This document shows, piece by piece, positions 43,920-53,084 of a stretch of DNA of 55,178 nucleotides. The position numbers were made by a program, and so were the translations under genes. The notes beneath the pieces are model-generated. The model saw only the letters and a program-made list of their open reading frames with translations. It made no database searches and was not told the DNA's origin. This stretch comes from a virus. The stretch is from the UHGV virus genome UHGV-0298867. One strand, 5' to 3'. Numbering within the stretch: the first letter of the stretch is position 1; each line of letters opens with the position of its first letter.

Positions 43920-44074
43920 CTCTCATAACGTCTCTGCCTGCCAACATCAGAACGCCAGAGGTTAGTTAGCCGGATAGATGCACCTCTCTCTGTTGGCTCC
44001 TGAGAGATTCTTTATACGCTGGTTGGTAGTGACCAAAGGCCGCATAATTTTGCGGCCTTTTTCATTTCTGTAAA
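43920..44074 (+). repeat. Copy 2 of the ~150-bp direct repeat, ending in an intrinsic terminator (AAGGCCGCA-TAATTT-TGCGGCCTT then TTTTT at 44047-44074)
   Basis: Its stem carries compensatory substitutions (T/C and A/G) relative to copy 1, and pairing is maintained. Confidence 0.6.
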
Positions 44075-44092
44075 ATGAAAGTCCTCAGGCGG

Positions 44093-44221
44093 TTAACGAT
44101 GCTCTGGACCATGGAAGTGATCTCCACCATGTCCGCCGCTATGAGGCCCAGGGGGAAGGAAACATCCTGAAAGAGACAGCGCACCACAGATCACAAAAAC
44201 AGCAAGCATAATTCTTTTCAT
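44093..44221 (-). CDS. Putative small lipoprotein (42 aa: MKRIMLAVFVICGALSLSGC FLPPGPHSGGHGGDHFHGPEHR). It is not in the ORF track because it is shorter than 60 aa.
   Basis: RBS GGAG 5 nt upstream. The lipobox LSGC follows a hydrophobic leader. The mature part is Gly/His-rich. Confidence 0.4.
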   Translation of the reverse strand: MKRIMLAVFVICGALSLSGCFLPPGPHSGGHGGDHFHGPEHR

Positions 44222-44325
44222 AATAACTCCTGAACTAAAGAGCCTTAATTCCAAAACAAAAAAGTGAATATTTTATGGAGAATCAGTAATTCCTTTTTCT
44301 CCCTCACGTTAAATAGGAATAATCC

Positions 44326-45330
44326 ATGGCAAAACCGGACTGGGGCGAGCTTCAGCGACGGTTCCTGTCCGATCATGCCGCAACCGGCGTATCACCGAAG
44401 GATTGGTGTGAAGCGCAGGGACTGAATTACGCTACTGCCCGCCGATACATCAAGAAACCCACTGCGCAAACTGCGCAAAAACCTGCGCAGAAGAAACTGC
44501 GCACTGCGCAAAAGGAAAAGTGCGCAGAAGAGCTGGTGGATGATGATGGCCTCACCGATCAGCAACGTTTATTTGTCGCAGAATACCTGAAGGACCACAA
44601 CGCCACGCAGGCCGCTATCCGTGCCGGGTACAGCAAGAAGACTGCTGAACAAATTGGCTATCAGCTGCTTCAGAAAACTTCAGTTGCGCAGGCCATTGCG
44701 CAGCAGCAGAAAGCATCCATTGTGCGCACGCTTGGCAGCGCGGATGAAGTGCTTGAGCAGATGTGGCGGCTGGCAACATTCGACGCCAACCAACTTTCTC
44801 AGTATCGCCGCGGGAGCTGCCGTTACTGCTGGGGCTTCGGTCACCAGTATCAATGGCGCGATGCGGTTGAGTTCGAAGAGAAGCTGGCTGAGGCTTTAGC
44901 GAAGAAAGGGAAAGAGCCAAACGACAGAGGCGGCTACGGTTACGACCATACCAGCTCGCCTAACCCGAAATGTCCTCGCTGTAATGGTGATGGCATCGGC
45001 CAGCCTTTCTTCGCCGATACGCGCAAGCTGGCGCCGGATGCTGCGCTTGCCTATTCCGGTGTGAAGCTTGGTAAGAATGGCGTTGAGATAACCGCCATCA
45101 GCCGTGAGCGCATGTACGAGGCGGTGATGAAACGTCTCGGCCTGGCTGACAGTGAGTTCGCCCAGCGTCTACAGCAGATTGAAATCGAGCGCCGGCAGCT
45201 GGAGATCGACAAGCTCCGTAAAGAGCTGGCCGCTGACCCAGAAGATGACGAACCAACGCCAGTTGCGATCAATATCAACGTAGTCGATGCGCGAGTGAGG
45301 GAAGAGGATGGCGATAGCTCCGACGCTTAA
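44326..45330 (+). CDS. Terminase small subunit (Terminase_2-like HTH region LTDQQRLFVAEYLKDHNATQAAIRAGYS)
   Basis: It lies immediately upstream of the large terminase. A basic AQ-repeat region is encoded by the TGCGCA DNA repeats. Confidence 0.75.
   Translation: MAKPDWGELQRRFLSDHAATGVSPKDWCEAQGLNYATARRYIKKPTAQTAQKPAQKKLRTAQKEKCAEELVDDDGLTDQQRLFVAEYLKDHNATQAAIRAGYSKKTAEQIGYQLLQKTSVAQAIAQQQKASIVRTLGSADEVLEQMWRLATFDANQLSQYRRGSCRYCWGFGHQYQWRDAVEFEEKLAEALAKKGKEPNDRGGYGYDHTSSPNPKCPRCNGDGIGQPFFADTRKLAPDAALAYSGVKLGKNGVEITAISRERMYEAVMKRLGLADSEFAQRLQQIEIERRQLEIDKLRKELAADPEDDEPTPVAININVVDARVREEDGDSSDA
44463..44526. repeat. Six TGCGCA hexamer repeats at irregular 7-16-bp spacing inside the 5' part of terS; a candidate pac/terminase-binding site
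   Basis: TGCGCA at 44463, 44472, 44484, 44498, 44505 and 44521. Confidence 0.4.
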
Positions 45331-46615
45331 CGTTCCCCAGGCTCGTTTTCTGGCTATGCAGCAGAAGTTCAAAGCCTATGTAGCTGGTTTTGGATCCGGT
45401 AAGACATGGGTTGGCTGCGGTGGAATATGCAAAGGGTTCTGGGAGTTCCCCAAAATAAACCAAGGCTACTTTGCCCCGACTTATCCTCAGATCCGCGATA
45501 TTTTCTACCCCACGGTGGAAGAAGTTGCTCACGACTGGGGACTGAAAGTCAAAATCGTTGAAAGCAACAAAGAGGTCCATTTCTACAGTGGGCGCCAGTA
45601 CCGCGGCACGACAATTTGTCGGTCGATGGAAAAGCCCGACACGATAGTAGGCTTTAAAATCGGCAATGCGCTGGTGGATGAACTCGACGTTCTGAAAGCG
45701 GATAAGGCGCGTCAGGCGTGGCGAAAAATAATCGCGCGTATGCGTTATAAAGTTGATGGTCTGCGTAATGGCATTGACGTGACTACCACACCTGAAGGAT
45801 TTAAGTTCGTCTATAACCAGTTTGTTAAGGCTGTGAGGGAAAAGCCTGAACTGAGGTCGATGTATGGTCTGGTACAGGCTTCGACATTCGACAACGAAAA
45901 GAACCTGCCGGATGACTATATTCCTTCGCTTCTGGCGAGTTACCCGCCGGAATTGATCAAGGCATATCTGAACGGCCAGTTTACTAACCTGACCAGCGGC
46001 ACCATTTATCATCAGTTCGACAGAGTGCTGAATAATTCCAGTGAGGAAGAACAGCCAGGTGAAGCGCTGTATATCGGGATGGATTTCAACGTCGGGAAGA
46101 TGGCCGGGATCGTCCATGTATTGCGGCTCGGCTTACCACACGCGGTAACAGAGATTATCAACGCTTACGATACGCCAGACATGATACGCATCATCAAGGA
46201 ACGTTTCTGGCTGTATGCCGACGGTGACTACCGCAAGGTCCGCGAGATTTATATTTACCCGGATGCCTCTGGTGACTCCAGGAAATCAAACAACGCCAGC
46301 AAAACAGATATTGAGCAGCTCCGACAGGCCGGATTTAACGTCATCGTTGATGATGCTAACCCGCCGGTAAAGGACCGCATCAACTCCATGAACGCCATGT
46401 TCTGTAATGGTAATGGTGATCGCCGGTACAAGGTGAATGTGGCCCGTTGCCCGGTCTATGCCGACTGCCTGGAACAACAGGTGTGGGATAAAAACGGCGA
46501 GCCGGATAAAAAGAGCGATAACGATCACCCCAACGATGGCGCTGGTTACTTCATTGTGAAGCAATTCCCAATCGTTCGACCTGCATTCTCTATTTCACTG
46601 GACACGACATTCTGA
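45308..46615 (+). CDS. Terminase large subunit
   Basis: Walker A GFGSGKTW near the N-terminus. Size and position. Confidence 0.9.
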   Translation: MAIAPTLNVPQARFLAMQQKFKAYVAGFGSGKTWVGCGGICKGFWEFPKINQGYFAPTYPQIRDIFYPTVEEVAHDWGLKVKIVESNKEVHFYSGRQYRGTTICRSMEKPDTIVGFKIGNALVDELDVLKADKARQAWRKIIARMRYKVDGLRNGIDVTTTPEGFKFVYNQFVKAVREKPELRSMYGLVQASTFDNEKNLPDDYIPSLLASYPPELIKAYLNGQFTNLTSGTIYHQFDRVLNNSSEEEQPGEALYIGMDFNVGKMAGIVHVLRLGLPHAVTEIINAYDTPDMIRIIKERFWLYADGDYRKVREIYIYPDASGDSRKSNNASKTDIEQLRQAGFNVIVDDANPPVKDRINSMNAMFCNGNGDRRYKVNVARCPVYADCLEQQVWDKNGEPDKKSDNDHPNDGAGYFIVKQFPIVRPAFSISLDTTF

Positions 46616-48015
46616 TGGCCAATAACGATATTACTTATGTTCGCCCTGAGGTCAGGGCGGCGATGCCCGTGTGGAAAAAAATTCGTGACGTGTGCAAAGG
46701 GGCTGATGCTGTAAAGGCCGCCGGGAATGAATACCTCCCTTTTCTGGATCCGTCCGATAAGTCTGCACGCAATAAAAAGCGCAATGCTGATTACATTCAG
46801 CGCGCCGTTTTCTACGCGATAACGGGCAATACAAAAGTGGGTCTACTGGGGCTGGCATTCAGAAAAGACCCGACCATGACCGCGCCGGATAAACTGAATT
46901 ATCTTCGTGACAACGCCGATGGTGCTGGTGCCAGCATTTATCAGCAGTCCCAGCAGGTTACAGAAAATATTCTGGAGGCCGCGCGCGAGGGGCTTTATAC
47001 GGATTATGCAGCTGAGACCGACGAGGCGATCATCCTTCGTTATCAGGCGGAAAGCATCATTAACTGGCGCACCAAACGCATCAATGGACGTGATCAACTG
47101 GTGCTGGTGGTTTTACGTGAATGCATGGAAAAGGAAGATGGTTTTGCGTACGAGGATGAAATCCAGTATCGCGAACTGGCTCTGGAGAACGGAAAGTTTG
47201 TCTGCCGGGTATGGCGAAAGTCAGCTGACGCAGGCTCTTTTTCCGTCGATTCTGAGTATCACCCGAAGCCTAAAGGTGAGGATTTTTGGGATGAAATCCC
47301 CTTTACCTTCGTTGGTGCACAAAATAACGATCCCAGCATCGACGAGTCGCCTTTAGCCGCCCTCGTTGAAATTAACCTTGGTCATTATCGAAATTCGGCG
47401 GATTACGAAGACAGCGTATTTTTCTGCGGTCAGGTTCAGCCGGTGATTTCCGGTCTTGATACCGCCTGGCGTGACTGGCTGCAGGATAAGGGAATTCGTG
47501 TCGGTTCTCGTTCTCCATTCCTGCTGCCGAAGGAGGGGAGTTTTACCTATGCTCAGGCGCAACCAAACACCCTGGCTAAAGAGGCGATGGACAGTAAGCG
47601 TGATTATTCTGTTCAGCTTGGCGCCCGGCTTATCGAGCAGAACGGCGCGGTTAAAACCGCCACGCAATCCAGCGGCGAGCAAACCGCATCCACATCGGTG
47701 CTCGGCATTTGCGTTTCCAATGTCTCGGAGGCCTATACGCTGGCGCTCGGCTGGTGCGCCAGATATCTCGGCATTAAAGGCGAGGAATATCGTTACAGCA
47801 TCAATCAGGAGTTTATCGCCAAAGTCGCAGAATCCGGCATGGTAACGGCAATCGTCAATGCCTGGCAGTACGGTGCGATTCGCGACACTGATATGGTCAG
47901 AGCTCTGCAGAGGCTTGACCTGATAGATCCTGCTGACGACCCTGAAACTGTCATTGACGCTATTCGTAACGGCGCGCCTAACCTGATTGGTGGCAATAAT
48001 GGCAACGGCGAATGA
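46615..48015 (+). CDS. Portal protein (466 aa)
   Basis: It lies between TerL and the Mu-F-like head morphogenesis gene. ATGA overlap with TerL. Confidence 0.7.
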   Translation: MANNDITYVRPEVRAAMPVWKKIRDVCKGADAVKAAGNEYLPFLDPSDKSARNKKRNADYIQRAVFYAITGNTKVGLLGLAFRKDPTMTAPDKLNYLRDNADGAGASIYQQSQQVTENILEAAREGLYTDYAAETDEAIILRYQAESIINWRTKRINGRDQLVLVVLRECMEKEDGFAYEDEIQYRELALENGKFVCRVWRKSADAGSFSVDSEYHPKPKGEDFWDEIPFTFVGAQNNDPSIDESPLAALVEINLGHYRNSADYEDSVFFCGQVQPVISGLDTAWRDWLQDKGIRVGSRSPFLLPKEGSFTYAQAQPNTLAKEAMDSKRDYSVQLGARLIEQNGAVKTATQSSGEQTASTSVLGICVSNVSEAYTLALGWCARYLGIKGEEYRYSINQEFIAKVAESGMVTAIVNAWQYGAIRDTDMVRALQRLDLIDPADDPETVIDAIRNGAPNLIGGNNGNGE

Positions 48016-49111
48016 CAAACTGCAGGATGAATCCATAGCCCACGCTATATGGGTTAGTCGCTACAGCACCGGCGTTGCCAACAGGATGATAAAAGTTCTG
48101 AATGACAGCGACGCCGAACTTACCGCCAGGCTGCTGGTGGCTATCGATACGCTGGATCCCGAGAGCTTTACCGTTTCGCGTCTGGAAGCGTTACTGGTCA
48201 GTGTCAGGGCCGTAAACAAGGATGCCATACAGTCGATGTATGCAGCCCTCTCTACCGAGCTGCAGGAGCTGGCGAAACATGAGGCCAGTTTTCAGATGAG
48301 CCTCTTCCAGTTTGCCATTCCCGACGATGTTCTGGCTCTTCATCCACTGGTTGGCATCTCCCCGGATGCAGTTTATGCCGCGGCGATGGGGCGTCCATTT
48401 CAGGGGCGGTTGCTAAGCGAATGGGCCAGCAACCTCGAAGCTGATCGTATGGCGCGCATATCCAATACGGTACGGCAGGGATTCCTGCTGGGCGATACGC
48501 ATGAACAGATCGCAAAAAAGGTTCGTGGCCATGCTAACCGCGGCTACCAGGATGGTGCGCTTCAGATGAGCCGGGCCAATGCAGCCAGCATAGCGAAAAC
48601 GGCAGTAGGGCATCTTGCATCGACAGCAAGACAAAGCTTTGCAGCGGCGAACGACGACATTCTGAAGGGTAAGCAGTGGTTATCTACTTTGGATAACCGG
48701 ACATCAAAGGATTGTCGGATCCGCGACCGACTCAAGTACACGCTGGATAACAAACCGATAGGGCACAAGGTGCCTTATTTGCAGGGACCGGGGAAAATCC
48801 ACTTTTGCTGTCGGAGCACCGAAACTTACATCCTGAAATCGTCCGAGGAATTGGGTATCAAAGTCGGCGAAATCAAGGACAGCTCGCGCGCCAGTATGGA
48901 TGGACAGGTTCCGGCTGATACGACTTACCAGGACTGGTTCTCCCGGCAGTCGTTCACGCGACAAGCTGAGATTGTCGGAGAAACGCGCGCCAGGCTGATT
49001 CGTGATGGCGGCATGTCTCCCGATGAGTTCTACAACGACAGAGGCGAGTGGCTGACGCTGGACCAGTTGCGCTCAAAGGATGAGCAGGCATTCAGAAACG
49101 CCAGGCTTTAA
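47999..49111 (+). CDS. Head morphogenesis protein (Mu F / SPP1 gp7 family)
   Basis: The C-terminal NRTSKDCRIRDRL...HFCCRST region resembles Mu F-like proteins. It follows the portal. Confidence 0.75.
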   Translation: MATANDKLQDESIAHAIWVSRYSTGVANRMIKVLNDSDAELTARLLVAIDTLDPESFTVSRLEALLVSVRAVNKDAIQSMYAALSTELQELAKHEASFQMSLFQFAIPDDVLALHPLVGISPDAVYAAAMGRPFQGRLLSEWASNLEADRMARISNTVRQGFLLGDTHEQIAKKVRGHANRGYQDGALQMSRANAASIAKTAVGHLASTARQSFAAANDDILKGKQWLSTLDNRTSKDCRIRDRLKYTLDNKPIGHKVPYLQGPGKIHFCCRSTETYILKSSEELGIKVGEIKDSSRASMDGQVPADTTYQDWFSRQSFTRQAEIVGETRARLIRDGGMSPDEFYNDRGEWLTLDQLRSKDEQAFRNARL

Positions 49112-49131
49112 CTAACATATCTTATTCAATC

Positions 49132-49157
49132 AGGCTGCCTTCGGGTGGCCTTTTTTA
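49132..49157 (+). terminator. Terminator-like hairpin GGCTGCC-TTCG-GGTGGCC then TTTTTTATT (the same module as 5597-5622)
   Basis: UUCG tetraloop with a T-run. Confidence 0.5.
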
Positions 49158-49195
49158 TTGGGCCAGGCCCACAGTAACTATCCCAAGGGGACAAC

Positions 49196-49981
49196 ATGCT
49201 TATTCGTAACATGCTCATTAAATATTATTCGGCAGCTGGTGGTGAAGGTGGTGATGGCGGTGGCTCCGGTAGTGGTGCGCCCGAGATTACGCCGGAAATC
49301 CAAAAGCTGATCGATGAGCAGGTCAGTGCTCAGGTTTCAGGCCTGAAAAATAAAAATAGTGAGTTACTCGGTAAGCTCAAAGAGTCCACTGAGTCGCTTA
49401 AGCGTTTTGATGGTATCGATCCTGACGCGGTGAAAACCATTCTCCAGCGTTTCTCTGATGATGAAGAGGCGCAACTGATCGCCGCCGGGAAAATTGACGA
49501 GGTACTGGATAAACGCACTGAGCGGCTACGTGCTGATGTTGATAAGCAAATCAAAGCCGCTAATGAACGCGCTGAAAAGGCGGAAGCGTTCTCCAACAAA
49601 TTCCGTGATCGTGTCCTGGGTGATGCTATCCGCAGCGCAGCGCTTAAGGCAGGCGCGCTGCCAGAAGCATCCGACGATCTGATTCTTCGTGCTAAAGGCA
49701 CATTCCAGCTCAACGACGAAGGCGAGGCCGTAGCAGTTGATGCAAATGGCGATGTTCTGTTCGGTAAAGACGGCAAAACTCCGCTCACCCCGGTTGAGTG
49801 GGCTGAATCTCTGAAAGAGACGGCCCCGCACCTGTTCCCGCGCGCCGAAGGCTCCGGGGCTGGTGGTCATAAACCCGGTGGCGGTGGCGGTAGTCTGAAA
49901 CGTTCAGAAATGAGCTCAAGCGACAAAGCGGACTACATCCGCAAACATGGCCAGCAGGCCTATCTCAAATTGCCTAAGTAA
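49196..49981 (+). CDS. Scaffolding protein (coiled-coil; Gly-rich N and C termini)
   Basis: Its position before the major capsid gene. Strongly helical and charged. Confidence 0.7.
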   Translation: MLIRNMLIKYYSAAGGEGGDGGGSGSGAPEITPEIQKLIDEQVSAQVSGLKNKNSELLGKLKESTESLKRFDGIDPDAVKTILQRFSDDEEAQLIAAGKIDEVLDKRTERLRADVDKQIKAANERAEKAEAFSNKFRDRVLGDAIRSAALKAGALPEASDDLILRAKGTFQLNDEGEAVAVDANGDVLFGKDGKTPLTPVEWAESLKETAPHLFPRAEGSGAGGHKPGGGGGSLKRSEMSSSDKADYIRKHGQQAYLKLPK

Positions 49982-49991
49982 GGACTAATCA

Positions 49992-50945
49992 ATGCCTACG
50001 ACCGTAAACAGTGACCTGATTATCTATGACGACCTCGCGCAGACTGCGTTTCTTGAGCGTCGCCAGGATAATCTGGAAGTCTTCAACGCCGCTTCAAACG
50101 GCGCAATCATTCTCGACAACGAACTGATCGAGGGTGATTTTCGCAAGCGCACCTTCTATAAAGTTGGTGGTTCTATCGAATCGCGCAACGTTAACTCCAC
50201 CGACCCGGTAACGGGTAAAAAAATCGGTGCCGGTGAATCTGTCAGCGTTAAGGCGCCGTGGAAATACGGCCCGTATGAAACCACGGAGGAGGCGTTTAAA
50301 CGTCGGGGTCGCGACGTTAGCGAATTCTCCGAGGTGATCGGCGTCGACGTCGCTGATGCAACGCTTGAAGGTTATATCAAGTATGCCCTACAGGGTCTTG
50401 TTGCAGCCATTGGCGCAAATGCTGACATGACGGTATCCGCGGATATTGCCACTGATGGTAAGAAAACGCTGACCCGTGGCCTGCGTAAATACGGCGATAA
50501 ATTTAACCGTGTTGCGCTGTTCGTTATGCATTCCACGACCTATTTCGACATTGTTGATCAGGCTATCGACAACAAAATTTACGAAGAAGCTGGCGTGGTG
50601 GTTTATGGCGGACAGCCAGGCACGTTGGGTAAACCGGTGCTGGTAACTGACACCATGCCAGTTGATGCGATTCTGGGGCTGGTGGCCGGCGCGGTATCCG
50701 TAACGGAATCACAGGCTCCGGGCTTCCGTTCCTACGATATCAACGACCAGGAAAACCTTGCCATTGGCTATCGCGCAGAGGGTACGGTTAACGTTGAACT
50801 GCTGGGTTACAGCTGGGATGAGACGAAGGGCGCTAACCCTGACCTGACCAAAATCGGCACCGGCGCGAACTGGAAGAAACATTTCACCAGTAACAAATCC
50901 ACTGCAGGCGTACTGATTAAGCTGGAAGCCCCTGCGGGGGAGTAA
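49992..50945 (+). CDS. Major capsid protein (HK97-fold type)
   Basis: 317 aa, directly after the scaffold. It has a strong RBS and is followed by a terminator. Confidence 0.8.
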   Translation: MPTTVNSDLIIYDDLAQTAFLERRQDNLEVFNAASNGAIILDNELIEGDFRKRTFYKVGGSIESRNVNSTDPVTGKKIGAGESVSVKAPWKYGPYETTEEAFKRRGRDVSEFSEVIGVDVADATLEGYIKYALQGLVAAIGANADMTVSADIATDGKKTLTRGLRKYGDKFNRVALFVMHSTTYFDIVDQAIDNKIYEEAGVVVYGGQPGTLGKPVLVTDTMPVDAILGLVAGAVSVTESQAPGFRSYDINDQENLAIGYRAEGTVNVELLGYSWDETKGANPDLTKIGTGANWKKHFTSNKSTAGVLIKLEAPAGE

Positions 50946-50953
50946 CCCTGTCA

Positions 50954-51226
50954 GTGGATAAAACTTCCGCAACTGCTGACAGTACCGACGCGGTGACCGT
51001 TTCGCTCAAGTACACCAGAAATGGTGCAGGAGTCTCCGGGGCATCTGTGGCGTGGACGTCTACAGGCGGCACACTCAGTGCTTCGACGTCACAGACAGGG
51101 TCTGCTGGTGGCTCGACGGTGAAACTCACCTCTGCTACGGCCGGCTCCTTCACGGTGACGGCTACCGTTGACGGCGTGGTGAAAACAACTGAAGCGATCG
51201 CGTTCACTGCTCCTGCGGGTGGTTAA
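50954..51226 (+). CDS. Ig-like domain protein (90 aa), in the -1 frame relative to the capsid gene. It is either a separate decoration protein or a frameshift extension of the MCP.
   Basis: Thr/Ser/Gly-rich beta strands (VTVSLKYTRNGAGVSGASVAWTSTGG...FTVTATVDG). The -1 frame is open from 50921. Confidence 0.55.
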   Translation: MDKTSATADSTDAVTVSLKYTRNGAGVSGASVAWTSTGGTLSASTSQTGSAGGSTVKLTSATAGSFTVTATVDGVVKTTEAIAFTAPAGG

Positions 51227-51230
51227 CCGA

Positions 51231-51254
51231 CGGGGCGAAAGCCCCGTTTCTTTT
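51231..51254 (+). terminator. Intrinsic terminator/attenuator (CGGGGC-GAAA-GCCCCG then TTTCTTTT) after the capsid module
   Basis: GNRA-loop hairpin with a T-rich tail. Confidence 0.65.
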
Positions 51255-51266
51255 GGTGAGGATCCG

Positions 51267-51662
51267 ATGACCGTTTATATAACAATCCAGGACGTTGACG
51301 AGTTGCTGGGGGATACCTGGGCTGCCGCCGACAAAAAGGCTAAAGCCGTGCTCCAGGCAAACACCTGGATGACGGCGCTTAACCTTCAGGATATCGACCC
51401 GGAGCATATTCCTGAAGAAGTTAAGCAAGCCGGAGCGTTTATCGCTTCCGTAGCCGCTGCAGGCAATTTGTATCAGCAAAAAACAGATTCCGGCGTGGTG
51501 ACGAGCAAAAGCGTTGAGGCCGACGATGTGAAGGTTTCCCGCACTTTTGCCGAGCTTTCAACCACCAGCACTGAATTACTCGATCCTGATTTGCAGCTGG
51601 CGCTGGATATGCTCAAACCGTGGATGATTAACCCTTTCCAGACGTTCTTTGTGAGGGCGTGA
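51267..51662 (+). CDS. Putative head-tail adaptor / head completion protein
   Basis: Position after the capsid gene. RBS GGTGAGGA. Confidence 0.4.
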   Translation: MTVYITIQDVDELLGDTWAAADKKAKAVLQANTWMTALNLQDIDPEHIPEEVKQAGAFIASVAAAGNLYQQKTDSGVVTSKSVEADDVKVSRTFAELSTTSTELLDPDLQLALDMLKPWMINPFQTFFVRA

Positions 51663-51663
51663 T

Positions 51664-51918
51664 ATGTCCGATTTGAAGGTGGTCCCATTTCAAAAGCCCA
51701 GCCATCACAACCTCGATAACGACCAGGTTATTCGCCTGCTGAAACAGGCTCTGGAGCGAGCCGAAAACGGCGGCTGCCACAGTGTCGCAGTGATACTGCT
51801 TGATGATGAGGGTAACGCGATTGATTGCTGGCATAACGGTGGACGCCCCTATGTGATGGTTGGCGCTATGGAGTCGCTTAAAACCGACTTTATCCATGCT
51901 CATATTGAGCGGCGGTAA
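51664..51918 (+). CDS. Hypothetical head-tail region protein (84 aa)
   Basis: ORF with RBS GAGGGCGTGA. Confidence 0.4.
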   Translation: MSDLKVVPFQKPSHHNLDNDQVIRLLKQALERAENGGCHSVAVILLDDEGNAIDCWHNGGRPYVMVGAMESLKTDFIHAHIERR

Positions 51919-51927
51919 GGGGGTAAC

Positions 51928-52161
51928 ATGCAAAATCCATATGTGCATTATGCCGGCGACGGCCTCGGTCCCCGCGATGTGTTTGTGAATGGAAACCCGA
52001 TCAGACATGTCGTTTACGCAAACGAGGCAAAGGGTGTTGTAGAGTTTGCTCCGCTCCCGCTGCGGGTTAAACGCAATGGCGAAATTTATACCCGCAAACT
52101 CCACGGTACAGTGATCGTTAAACCTCAGCAGCGTATTGGTGGGTGCAATGGGCATTCGTGA
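51928..52161 (+). CDS. Hypothetical head-tail region protein (77 aa)
   Basis: ORF with RBS AAGGGGG. Confidence 0.4.
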   Translation: MQNPYVHYAGDGLGPRDVFVNGNPIRHVVYANEAKGVVEFAPLPLRVKRNGEIYTRKLHGTVIVKPQQRIGGCNGHS

Positions 52162-52531
52162 CGAGCTGCAAACCGAAGTCGCCGCGGCATTCGATACCGA
52201 CCTGCAGGATGCCGTTAAGGATTTCACTGGGTCATATACCGTTCGGGGTGCCTGGGACCCGGTGACGGAAACCGGCACTGAAACGCAGGTGACTTACTCA
52301 GGGCGTGGAGTGCTGGCGCGCTATAAGCTGCGCCGTATCGATGGCGTTAACATTCTGCATGGTGATGTGAAGCTAACCGCACTGGTTAACGAGGTGACTG
52401 ATAAGCCGGCCGTCGGGCATATCATCACCGCACCGGATCCGGTTACGGGTGAGCTTCAGCGCTACGAGGTCATCACCGCTTCTGCCGACTCTGCTGGCGC
52501 TGCGTACTCCATTCAACTGAGGAGGGCGTGA
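52148..52531 (+). CDS. Putative head-tail joining / head closure protein
   Basis: Position; RBS GGTGGG. Confidence 0.4.
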   Translation: MGIRDELQTEVAAAFDTDLQDAVKDFTGSYTVRGAWDPVTETGTETQVTYSGRGVLARYKLRRIDGVNILHGDVKLTALVNEVTDKPAVGHIITAPDPVTGELQRYEVITASADSAGAAYSIQLRRA

Positions 52532-52532
52532 T

Positions 52533-53084
52533 ATGGCTAAGGGCTGGAACATTGACCCAGCGGCATTCGCCGGGCTGGTGGCAGAAGATGTCAAACTACG
52601 CCAGCGGACAATCGCCATTCAGCTGCTGAATGAAATCGTTCAGCGGTCGCCGGTAGGAAACCCGGAGCTGTGGGCCATCAACGCGACCGCGGTTCAATAC
52701 AACAAAGCGGTAGGTGAGTGGAACGAGTCTCTTTATGCCGATCCTGCCAACCTGACAAAGACTGGCCGTCTCAGAAAGAAAGTCCGTGTTAATGACAGCA
52801 TGGATATCAGGCGACCGGCTGAGTATCGCGCAGGAACCTTCAGGGCATCGCATTTTGTCAGCATCGGCGAACCTGATCATTCCGTCCCGACCGAACCGGA
52901 TCCGCGCGGGACAATGACGTTTCTTAATGGCAAAAATATCATTGACCAGGCGCCAGCCTACTCGGTGATTTACATCCAGTCGAACCTGCCTTACTCCGTG
53001 CCTCTGGAGAATGGCCACTCAACGCAAGCGCCGACAGGCGTCTATGCCGTCTCGTTTAATGGTGTGATTCAGGCCTACAAATGA
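52533..53084 (+). CDS. Putative neck / tail completion protein (183 aa)
   Basis: Position; RBS GGAGGG. Confidence 0.4.
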   Translation: MAKGWNIDPAAFAGLVAEDVKLRQRTIAIQLLNEIVQRSPVGNPELWAINATAVQYNKAVGEWNESLYADPANLTKTGRLRKKVRVNDSMDIRRPAEYRAGTFRASHFVSIGEPDHSVPTEPDPRGTMTFLNGKNIIDQAPAYSVIYIQSNLPYSVPLENGHSTQAPTGVYAVSFNGVIQAYK

